A stretch of DNA of 64,000 nucleotides from a virus: IMG/VR virus record IMGVR_UViG_3300028588_000820. One strand, given 5' to 3'. Below are positions 46,301-55,500 of the stretch, one piece after another. The notes below the pieces were generated by a model. It saw nothing but the letters and a program-made list of their open reading frames with translations, was not told the origin of the DNA and did no database searches. Within the stretch, counting starts at the first letter, position 1. The number at the start of each line of letters is the position of its first letter. Made by a program: the position numbers and the translations under genes.

Positions 46301-47281
46301 TTAACGAGTTGCGGCAACGTAGTAGACAGGAGCCTGAATGCCTACGTTAATGGTTTTTTGTGACTCAACCGTTCCAATCATTTGAACAACACCAGATGGA
46401 GGTGGAGTTAAAGTAATCTGACCAGTCTCGCCGCAGAAAAGTGGCTTACCAATTGAATTCGACGGAAAGTTCCATTGCTCGTTAAAGACCACACCAGTGG
46501 TGATCAAGCGAGAAACGTCGCCCATGTACATGTCTTCAGCAACAATACCGTTGATGATCAGCTTAGTGTTTGAGTAGCGTCCAAGCATGACTGTTCCGGC
46601 TGCCGCGATCGAAACGCATGAGTATGCAGGAATGTACTCTGCCGCCTTGACATACGTCAATAGGGTTTCAAACTGGATTTGGGAATGGGTATTGTTCCCG
46701 GCTGCCTGGATATGGAAATTTGTTTCTGTGGTTAGGAAGGTTCCATCGGCTGCACGCAACGGCTTTAATTGGTCATCAAATAGAATCGTACCAGAAACGC
46801 CTTGAGTCTTATCGCCAATTTGTGAACCCAAGAATTGCGGACGAATGATTGCGTTATCACCGTACACGCCAGCAAACACACGAATCTTAATGACCCATGA
46901 ATGTCCGCTATAAACCTTCATTTTGTTAGACGACAAATCAAACCAATGCTGATCTCGTTTTGGATGCTTTGGCGCGTTTGGTCCAACAAACGGTGGATGA
47001 AGGGTGTAACCTCTTGATAGGACTCCGGTTAAGGTGTCGATGTCCCAGAACAAATACTGAGTTTCGGCCTTTGGTTGGAATGGTCCCCATGCGCGGATGA
47101 TCGGTTTAGTTTCTTCAATTGTGTAGTTAGCACTGCCATGCGCAAAAGTGATGACGCAAGGATCAGGCTGGACATTGAGGTCTAGGTACCTATCGTCGTT
47201 TGCCGAAACCACAAGATATTGTGGTGCGCCATTCGAGTCCGCTTGGTATCTAATAATTCCTTGTCGGAAAGCGGTCTTCAT
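46301..47281 (-). CDS. virion structural protein
   Basis: First gene after late promoter at 47322-47328; QHWFDxxxNKMKVY motif. Confidence 0.7.
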   Translation of the reverse strand: MKTAFRQGIIRYQADSNGAPQYLVVSANDDRYLDLNVQPDPCVITFAHGSANYTIEETKPIIRAWGPFQPKAETQYLFWDIDTLTGVLSRGYTLHPPFVGPNAPKHPKRDQHWFDLSSNKMKVYSGHSWVIKIRVFAGVYGDNAIIRPQFLGSQIGDKTQGVSGTILFDDQLKPLRAADGTFLTTETNFHIQAAGNNTHSQIQFETLLTYVKAAEYIPAYSCVSIAAAGTVMLGRYSNTKLIINGIVAEDMYMGDVSRLITTGVVFNEQWNFPSNSIGKPLFCGETGQITLTPPPSGVVQMIGTVESQKTINVGIQAPVYYVAATR

Positions 47282-47363
47282 TTAAAGTCCTCTTTGTTAT
47301 GTTATATGGTTATGGTCTTTCTATTTATCTGGATCGATCTTTTCTAAAAATTTGCAAATTCTT

Positions 47364-47393
47364 GTGTACAAAACTTAAAAGTTGATGTATTAT
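47364..47393 (+). promoter_or_regulatory. early promoter
   Basis: GTGTACA-N17-TATTAT. Confidence 0.8.
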
Positions 47394-47429
47394 TCTTTTA
47401 TAGGGGTGCTGCATAATAAGGAGAAATTC

Positions 47430-47759
47430 ATGCTTTACAAAGGTCGTCGTTATGGTATTTGCTCTAATGTAGTGATACTGCCGATCCTTACTGAAGATGG
47501 CATGCTCCAGCCTTACGTCAACCCAAGCATGCAGAATTACGTCTACTTCGGTCGCACATACCCAGATCGCCGGATTACACCAAACATGGTCAAGACGCGA
47601 TACAAGTGGGGCACTGAAGAGGATTCCGAATCGGTCTATGCTGAACCGATTCCGATCAAGTATTTTTCGTTAACCAATCTTGCCTTGTGCGTAGACAACT
47701 ATTTCTACCTGGCATACAATGGCCGCGTGTACAGGGCCAAGAAAACCCCATTGAGGTAA
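47430..47759 (+). CDS. early hypothetical protein
   Basis: AAGGAG SD before ATG47430. Confidence 0.7.
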   Translation: MLYKGRRYGICSNVVILPILTEDGMLQPYVNPSMQNYVYFGRTYPDRRITPNMVKTRYKWGTEEDSESVYAEPIPIKYFSLTNLALCVDNYFYLAYNGRVYRAKKTPLR

Positions 47760-47761
47760 TC

Positions 47762-48073
47762 ATGTCCACTTATCGTTTGAGCAATGCTGAGGAACAAGCC
47801 AAGCAATTCCCGGACGACTTCAACATCCCGTCGATGAAGGAACGGAAGGAAGTTCCCGACGGACATTACGTGAAACTTGGGTTTGAACTCGCGCCAGTCT
47901 CGTCGACTATCGGGATAGAATACCTCTGGGTGCGTGTCACTGAGCGTGAAGCCGCTGATGGCACGTACTACGGTACCCTCGATGATTCGCCGCAGTTTGC
48001 AACCAACGTGACGGTTAACGATTCGATTCAGTTCGAGACCGAAAACATTTACGGGATCATGGCTCCCAGATAA
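47762..48073 (+). CDS. DUF2314/YegJ-like protein
   Basis: VKLGF...EYLWVRV...YYGTLDDSP...IQF; GAGG SD. Confidence 0.6.
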   Translation: MSTYRLSNAEEQAKQFPDDFNIPSMKERKEVPDGHYVKLGFELAPVSSTIGIEYLWVRVTEREAADGTYYGTLDDSPQFATNVTVNDSIQFETENIYGIMAPR

Positions 48074-48081
48074 GGAAAGAA

Positions 48082-48495
48082 ATGAAACAAGGAGATTTGT
48101 ACTCCTATGCGACGATAAGTCTGCAATCGCATGGGTTTAGCATCCGCACCAACCGTGACTTCCGTTACGAGCTGGTCGGCAACTACATGGATGGCTACGT
48201 CTTGAATGGCACAGTCGACAACAAAGTTCGCGTGAAGCCGGACGAGTCGGAGGTTCTTCGTTTAGATGACCGCTTTCCAAACGATCGCTCGAACTACATC
48301 ATGGTCTATCCAGCCGACCAGTCAGAAGAGCACATCACCAACACGATTCTTAGGCAGCTCGAGGTCGTTATCAAGCAGCATGTCGAGGTGTACCAGACGC
48401 TGTACGAGAACGCCAAGTCGATGCTGACTGAGGTACAGAAAGGAAGGATGGGACACATCTGTCCGCCTGGCTTGTTCATCGATCATCAGCAATAA
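48082..48495 (+). CDS. hypothetical protein
   Basis: AAGGA SD. Confidence 0.7.
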   Translation: MKQGDLYSYATISLQSHGFSIRTNRDFRYELVGNYMDGYVLNGTVDNKVRVKPDESEVLRLDDRFPNDRSNYIMVYPADQSEEHITNTILRQLEVVIKQHVEVYQTLYENAKSMLTEVQKGRMGHICPPGLFIDHQQ

Positions 48496-48511
48496 AGCAT
48501 CACACCAAAGC

Positions 48512-48543
48512 AAAATGGGACCTCGATTGAGGTCCCATTTTTG
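48512..48543. terminator. bidirectional terminator
   Basis: AAAATGGGACCTC-GATT-GAGGTCCCATTTTT. Confidence 0.85.
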
Positions 48544-48557
48544 TTTCTACTGAAAGA

Positions 48558-49139
48558 TTACGACACGCTGATGGTCAGAGTGTACGTGATCAAAATGCTA
48601 CGGTTTGCGGTCTTCTCAACCGGACTGAAGATCAAGTGCGACATCATTAGCGGAGGAGAATCGTTCGTGAACAAGGCCAGTTCGTCGAAGGTGTACAAGC
48701 TGTCTGGATTGGTAGTCGAATTATCCGAGGTTGCTTGGCCAGCTGGTTCATTGGCTGAAAGTTCCAAAGTGCAAGTCACGACCGAAGTGATTGCTGGCAC
48801 TGGTGAAGGTGCGCTGATCACTGAGTTGCCAGGTGCAACCGATACGTCATGGCTGTCAATCACTTCCTGATAGGTCTGATTGTACAGAGTTGCCGTGGTG
48901 CCGGTAATGTTTGGTGGCAAGTAAGAGATGTTCAAGCTTGCATCGATGTGGGTGCCACCATTACCTAGACCCATCTTATACACCCATGAGTTTGGTTCGT
49001 GTGCTAGACCCCTAGCAATGACACGAGCCATGTTCTGTGGGTGAATCGCGTTGTTCTTGTCGATAAGAACTTCGCCGGTGTCCTTGTCAATTGCCTTAAC
49101 GTGGCCGATGACATTCAGTTTAAGTTGTGAGTCAATCAT
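48558..49139 (-). CDS. virion/baseplate protein
   Basis: KNNAIH, GNGG, FDELALF, HLIFSPVEK; TATAAATA at 49161. Confidence 0.7.
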   Translation of the reverse strand: MIDSQLKLNVIGHVKAIDKDTGEVLIDKNNAIHPQNMARVIARGLAHEPNSWVYKMGLGNGGTHIDASLNISYLPPNITGTTATLYNQTYQEVIDSHDVSVAPGNSVISAPSPVPAITSVVTCTLELSANEPAGQATSDNSTTNPDSLYTFDELALFTNDSPPLMMSHLIFSPVEKTANRSILITYTLTISVS

Positions 49140-49178
49140 GTTTGTTCCTCATTTTTCTTTTATTTATATTGTTTGGCA

Positions 49179-50720
49179 TCACGCTAATCTGATGACCACG
49201 CTACGTGGTTCTGTAAATTCCACTACGATGCTATTTACACCAACGTACCTAATCGTTTTTGGATACATGATCGTGTTGTTTAGATAAACAGCAACCAATG
49301 GATTGTATCCGTAATTGTGAAGAATCTCAACTCGATCGGCCGGCGGATTCACTACAACAACTCCCTTTTCATCCGGTGCGTACACGGCTTGAGTTGATTC
49401 GGAACCATCCGCATAAACGATCTTGAACGAAACAACTTCAGCGATCTTCGCAGTCGATTTTTCAGTAGGACCTTTTTTCTCGATAGCAATGTTTACAGTA
49501 TTGATCGAATCGAATATCTCAGTGTCAAACAAGAAATCATCGAATAGACCAGTTGGACCGTCAACCAAATACGCAGAAACCGTATCCTTTGGATTGTACT
49601 TGATCGATGTCTTCACCTTTTCCGTGAGTGACGTCGAGATAGAATCCGCTCTTAATAGACCGAGACGGTCTTGATACTTATCGCTGAATGCTGCACTGAA
49701 ACTATCAGCCAACACTTCATGAATCGATAGCAAACGGTAGTAACCGATCTGCTTAGCATTAATGACCGAGTCAAAGTCCATGACATCAAAGTTCTCCGAG
49801 TCATAGTTGCCTAGACGCGATGGAGTAATGTCGATACCAAATAGTGCTTCATCGCCTGGGCGAGTATTCCAAGAACCAGGATCGACGATGCGAGCGTTGA
49901 CCGTGTCCTTGAATCTGAACACATCCTTGAACGTGACCGTGTCTACGATCTTAGTTTGAGTCCAGCCGTTGTATGCCTCACGCTGCTCAACACGAATCGT
50001 GATTGGAGTGTCAAGTGGCAGTGCTTCATAGAATTCGAACGCGTAGTAATCTTTGCCAGACGCATCGGCGATGACTTTGACAACGCCAATTGGGTTCAGC
50101 TTAACGATCTTTTGCAAGCCAGCAAGTTCGGCGAACTCAGCTGCATCACTATCAAAGTCCGAGGCGTCGTATGGGAACATCTCAAGACCATCAGCGACAC
50201 CGCTGTAAACAAGATCGTAAGTCTGCCATTCACCATTGACAGCAATGAAGACGCGATCAGTGACGGCCCAGTTCAGGCATACTTCATCACCAAGCTTTGG
50301 GGCATTAGCCAGGAACTTGACGACGGTACGATCCGGGTCGATTGTATAGTCCGAGTTGAGTAGCTTTCGAACACCGTTGACAGAAACTTCGACACCATTG
50401 TTGTATGGCACGAAGTATGAGCCAGGAGCCCCAGGAACCTCATCAGTGACGCCAATGCGTTTACACTGATGGAAATCATCTGAGTAGCGAGGAAAGACCG
50501 CTGCGGGAATCCTGTATTGAACTCGTTTGCCATCAGATACCGCATGAAGTTCCCAAACGCTTGAGAACTTCATTTCCATCTTGCTTGAATCAGAAATTGA
50601 TACGAAGAGGTTGTCGTTTGCTTGATACTCAACGACAACGTCTGTCAACTTCGAGTGGAACGGTTTGATGTCATTGATGTACGATACTAGGCTTGATACG
50701 TCTAATGAATCAGTTCTCAT
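49179..50720 (-). CDS. virion structural protein
   Basis: YINDIKPFHSKL N-terminus, YDxxxFD repeats, C-terminal HNY module; start ATG50720. Confidence 0.7.
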   Translation of the reverse strand: MRTDSLDVSSLVSYINDIKPFHSKLTDVVVEYQANDNLFVSISDSSKMEMKFSSVWELHAVSDGKRVQYRIPAAVFPRYSDDFHQCKRIGVTDEVPGAPGSYFVPYNNGVEVSVNGVRKLLNSDYTIDPDRTVVKFLANAPKLGDEVCLNWAVTDRVFIAVNGEWQTYDLVYSGVADGLEMFPYDASDFDSDAAEFAELAGLQKIVKLNPIGVVKVIADASGKDYYAFEFYEALPLDTPITIRVEQREAYNGWTQTKIVDTVTFKDVFRFKDTVNARIVDPGSWNTRPGDEALFGIDITPSRLGNYDSENFDVMDFDSVINAKQIGYYRLLSIHEVLADSFSAAFSDKYQDRLGLLRADSISTSLTEKVKTSIKYNPKDTVSAYLVDGPTGLFDDFLFDTEIFDSINTVNIAIEKKGPTEKSTAKIAEVVSFKIVYADGSESTQAVYAPDEKGVVVVNPPADRVEILHNYGYNPLVAVYLNNTIMYPKTIRYVGVNSIVVEFTEPRSVVIRLA

Positions 50721-52530
50721 TGTCGTCTTCCAATTTCGAGAATAGTCGGATCGAGTGTGCAGCAATCATCGAAGTCTTGAAGATGTCGGTGAACTCGTAA
50801 TTTTCAGCAAGCGCGTCGTATAGGACGGTGAAGAAAATTTCATTGACTTGTTTTGGCTTAGCCTTTGTCCAAATGTCGTTCATCGTTTTACGAGTTGCTG
50901 CTTGAGTGCTAAACAAATCGTCGATCATGTTCATGTCGATGAATTCAATTGGGTCTGGTACTTCAACACCTGGGTTAGCTGGCGAAATCGTTGTTAGCGA
51001 AGTATTGAGGATCGCATACTTGATTGAGTTCAATGCAAGTTCTTTATCCACGAACGCTTGACCTTCACCGAAACCATAACGTGACTTGGTGCCATTTCGC
51101 TCGTCATATGCAACGCGTGCCAATGAAGGCACTGGATCGCCGACCATATTCTGGCCACATGCTGCATCGACTAGATGATTCCAAAGTAGCTCAGGAATCA
51201 AGGTATTTTGTTGTTCGCGAATCATAGCCCATTCAGTGTGCACGTTCTTCAATTCAATATCGCGCGGATCATCGCGTAGAATGAAGTCACGAGTGAATCG
51301 AATCTTGTATGTATCGTCTTCCGTAATGTAACGGTTCAATCCCATGCCAATGAACTGGTTATAGCTTGGTGCACTTGAGCCAGTAGGTGTTGAAATGTTT
51401 TGTAGGATTGCGTATGGGTTGGTATTGTTCTTCAGCAAGTTCTTGGCAGATTGCACTGATAGTGCACGTCCGCGTGTGGTCAAGTTCTTGTTGGCAACCC
51501 AGAAATAGTATAGAGTATTTACTAACACACCGTCGCCATTGCGAACTTCTTTCATGGTGTATTGGTAGTCATATTTATACTGCACAGTTTGAACTGGATT
51601 GTCCATCGCTGGGTTTGAATCTGGATCAAATGCTAGATCGGTCTTCGACGGAGTGTATGCCTTGTAGATCACCGTAACAATGTCTCCTAGCTTAGCGTTC
51701 AAGCCAGAGCAGTCGATCACATTCTTCATGGTCGAGACTTTAGACACGTCTTGGTAAACACCGTTGACATAGACATTCAAACGTGGAAGTGAAAGGGTGC
51801 TTTCGCCGCTGATCGAGAATTGAACAGATGCAGGAGTACCGTCGTACTTTTTTTGAAGTAACGTGTCAGTGATTGGTTCATACTCGCCCCACACATAATC
51901 GAAGCGGCTTGCGGTTGTGCCGTCTGGTAGGGTTGCTGGGTATGAACGGTCTTTTCTGATTGCCGGAATTAGAGCGGAAGTAACGCGCGAGATTTCGTTC
52001 CAATCGCCAAAATAAGGCTGCCACATATTGTTCGGGCTTGCGGTGTCCGACTTCAAATCTGTAGCTGAAGGCTCTTTGTAAAGGACCCATCCTTGATAGT
52101 CGCCCAAAGTCAAGTCCGCATCAGTTCTTGCTGGCAGGACACTTGCGCCAAATGGAATGTTCACGTCAACTGGGACGGCAGCACGCAAGACAACATCGGT
52201 GGTTGCTGCGCAGATATTATCCGCGACCACTGTCATGCGTTGAAGCTTGGAAGAAAAAAGCGGGTGCGCGTGAGTAACCGTTGTTTGGCCAGAAATTTGA
52301 ATACCAAATGCAGCGAATACCACAGTAAACGCTGCATCAGTCTGGTCAGCAACATCGGTGTCAATAAGAACGACCTCATTCAAGCCACTTACTTCATTAG
52401 TGCACTTGATCGAAACGAGGTCGTCTTGAACGATCTTTTCGAATACAAGCTTACCAACCATTTCCGGTGAAAAGGCGGTAGGCTCGTATCTTCCGATTCT
52501 TAAATTTTTGAGTAATTCTATTGTCGCCAT
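50710..52530 (-). CDS. large virion/baseplate protein
   Basis: 606 aa, late cluster. Confidence 0.7.
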   Translation of the reverse strand: MATIELLKNLRIGRYEPTAFSPEMVGKLVFEKIVQDDLVSIKCTNEVSGLNEVVLIDTDVADQTDAAFTVVFAAFGIQISGQTTVTHAHPLFSSKLQRMTVVADNICAATTDVVLRAAVPVDVNIPFGASVLPARTDADLTLGDYQGWVLYKEPSATDLKSDTASPNNMWQPYFGDWNEISRVTSALIPAIRKDRSYPATLPDGTTASRFDYVWGEYEPITDTLLQKKYDGTPASVQFSISGESTLSLPRLNVYVNGVYQDVSKVSTMKNVIDCSGLNAKLGDIVTVIYKAYTPSKTDLAFDPDSNPAMDNPVQTVQYKYDYQYTMKEVRNGDGVLVNTLYYFWVANKNLTTRGRALSVQSAKNLLKNNTNPYAILQNISTPTGSSAPSYNQFIGMGLNRYITEDDTYKIRFTRDFILRDDPRDIELKNVHTEWAMIREQQNTLIPELLWNHLVDAACGQNMVGDPVPSLARVAYDERNGTKSRYGFGEGQAFVDKELALNSIKYAILNTSLTTISPANPGVEVPDPIEFIDMNMIDDLFSTQAATRKTMNDIWTKAKPKQVNEIFFTVLYDALAENYEFTDIFKTSMIAAHSIRLFSKLEDDNEN

Positions 52531-52587
52531 AAGAACCTTGATTTATGTTTATTAGCTATTTACTTATTTACCAAATTTCGAAAAATC

Positions 52588-55500
52588 TCAAAATGAGTAC
52601 CCGAGAGGCACAAGCACCGGAGAATCAAACGAATTTGATGAGCCAATAACCAAATCTTGGTTCAAACCTGAAACTACTGCCTCACCGTATGGCTTCGACA
52701 ATTTGAAGTTTTCTGGGTCAGAAACATCTTCAACGTTGTAGTGGAAAATACCACCGCTGATCTTCATACCAAGCTCAAGGCTTGGGAACGAAGACACCCA
52801 ATCAGACGACGAAAGAATTGCAATAGATTCACCAGACATATTGGTGCGGAACTTTACGCGGTATTCACCAACAGAGCTTAGGTATGGAACAACAGAACCC
52901 GGCACATCGGTGTAACCCCATGCAATCGGACGCTGTCTCCAGGTACGCTTACGAGAATACAACTCTGGTAGAGCGACTTCACCCGATGCTCGTACGTCGG
53001 CAGGAATCGACGAGTCACCTTCTTGACGTGCTACGAGTTCAGCATATTTAGAAGGATGAACAGTGGACTCGGTCCATTCGTACAACTCGACCTTTGCCCA
53101 GTCAGCCATCGCGCCCCAGTATGAAAGACGAGTATCCATGTTAGGGAAAATCTGACGATCACAGTATGGGATGTATTCCAAGTTCTTGGTGTTCCACCAC
53201 ACGCGACCTACATCCTTATCATCCCATGGACGGTACACATCATAGTTCACGTTGTTGATCTTACGAACGGAGTAGTTGTACTTCGCTGGTTCGTTCGGCG
53301 AAATGATGTCCACAATCTCAAGCGCTTCTGGAGTATGTGAGCCACGTGCCGGGTCCCACAAGCTCAAGTCAGAGATGATCACTTTGTTCTTGTAGTCAAT
53401 CAATTTCGCTGGACTGAACTTTGGCTGTGATGGACCATAGCAGCGAACGGTGTATTTACCACCAGTCACGTAGCCAGGACGAGCAAAGCCATTGAACTTG
53501 ATCGTCGATGAATTGATCAATGCGTACTCCACACCTTCGGTCAACTGAAGTAGGAATGGCGTGTCACGAACATCGAGATCATTGTCTGGCACAGTTACTT
53601 CCAAGAACACTTGAACCGCGTCGCAAATGACCTTCTTGCCATTCTGTACTAGGTCGTAAATCTTGGTTGGCCAAGGATCAACGAATACAAGTTCAGCAAT
53701 CTTCTCACCTACGAAGGTCACATCGTGGTTCAAGTCTTCAGCGGATACCCAACGCGACTCGTCGTCGTTTGAGATGTTGATGAAGCCGACCTGTGATGGA
53801 GCAGTCGAACTAGTGAAGTTAATCTTCGTATAATTGTGTTGCGCATCCGCGGTTGATAGCTTGATTTCAGGGAAGGCAAGTTGGCGCGCGTCGCCGAAGC
53901 TTGCAAGCTTGTATGCCCAGAATTCATCGATCTTCGCTGAGGTGAATCGAGCGGAGTTCAAGAATGCATTCACCGATAGGTTCGAACCTTTGTTCGACAC
54001 AAGACCACGCCAGAATCCGAATTGCGATTTGTCGGTCATCTCGATGTCAGACATGTACTTCTTAGGTTCATAGCCAAGTAGGCCGCGAGCGTGGCGAGCT
54101 GTTTCGCTTTCATCGATCATGCGATCTGCATCGTAGTAGTTCAGCATATCACCAATCGAGGCTTCGATGTTACGCTTGACCTTGTGATCCTTGATGTAAT
54201 GGCCGCCAAATGATAGACGTCCATTGAACTTCACTTGACGTTCAGCGGATAGGAACATGCGGTTGACACGAACACCTAGGAACGGATCGTAGATCAACTT
54301 GGAACGCGATTGATCGAACACATAGTTATTAAACAGCGTAATGTGTTCGTACTCGTCAACGATCAAGTGAACACCGCCCATTACAACCGCCGACTGAATT
54401 TCGGTCATCTCATCGTCACGGAAGATTTGGATGTCACTGTCGTGAATCTTGTTGCCGAACGAGTCGAAGATTGTCTGTGAGGACAATGCATCAGTCATCG
54501 AGGTTTTACGCATGTTCGAGACGAAGCCATGTGGGGTGCTGAACCACACATTGGTTGCGAACGGATTCAAGATTGAACCAGTGCCGGCTTCAACTCCTAG
54601 ATATTGCTGGTTGATGAAGCGCTCAACAAACATTTGCCAGTTGATGACGCGACCAGTTTGTTCATCGATTGATGGCTCCTTACCTTGGTTGAATCTCCAA
54701 CCTTGTTCTTCTAGACGATCAACATATCCGTAAATGATGTTCGCTACGTTCTCGATACCGGTCACAGTGAATGGGACGACCTTCGTAACGAGCGCCTTGC
54801 GGTCCTGAAGCTTCTTCCATTCGTCTGGTGAGTTAGCCTTCTCAAACGCGTTGAAAGTGACGTAGCGGCCTTCCTTGTCGTACTCGTAGTACTCGATGGT
54901 TGGGTTGTTGGTATTGAAGGTCTCAATACGGAACACCCAGTCTGCACCCTTGTTGCGTGGGACATTACGGCCATTCACCATTTGGGTGGTACCGACGCGG
55001 ATCAACTGCACACGAATAGCGTTTAGCCAGTGGTTCGAAATGCCCTTGTTCTCCTTGATGATAACACTGTAATCGTTATCGCTCATTTGGAACTGGTCGG
55101 TGCGAATCGATAGCAATTCGGTATTCACGAGACCGGACATTCTGTAACCTAGCTTCAAGTCCCAGTCACGTAGTAGATTGTTCGCAAGAGCAACGCTCAT
55201 GTCAACCGAGTTGTAACGATTTAGGTTCACGAACCATTGGTTCAGGCCATTGAACTTGCTGTATGGCGAAGCTACAAACTTATCAGTGCCATCGGTTGAT
55301 AGCACGATCTTGTCGCCGATGTTGAAGTCGGAGCCGTTGTCATTTAGGACGAAACGAATCTGCGCTGAAATGAACTCGGTGTTCACAACATAGTTTTTGG
55401 TTACGACGCCTGAGAAATCGCCCTTAACAGTGAAGATACTTCCGTGTGCCCCATTGCCGACACAGGTCAGTGTCCAGACTTTATCGTCGGTCGAGTTAAA

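Noticed and set aside
48541-48870. 109-aa + strand ORF
   Set aside because: Starts at a terminator and is antisense to a motif-bearing structural gene
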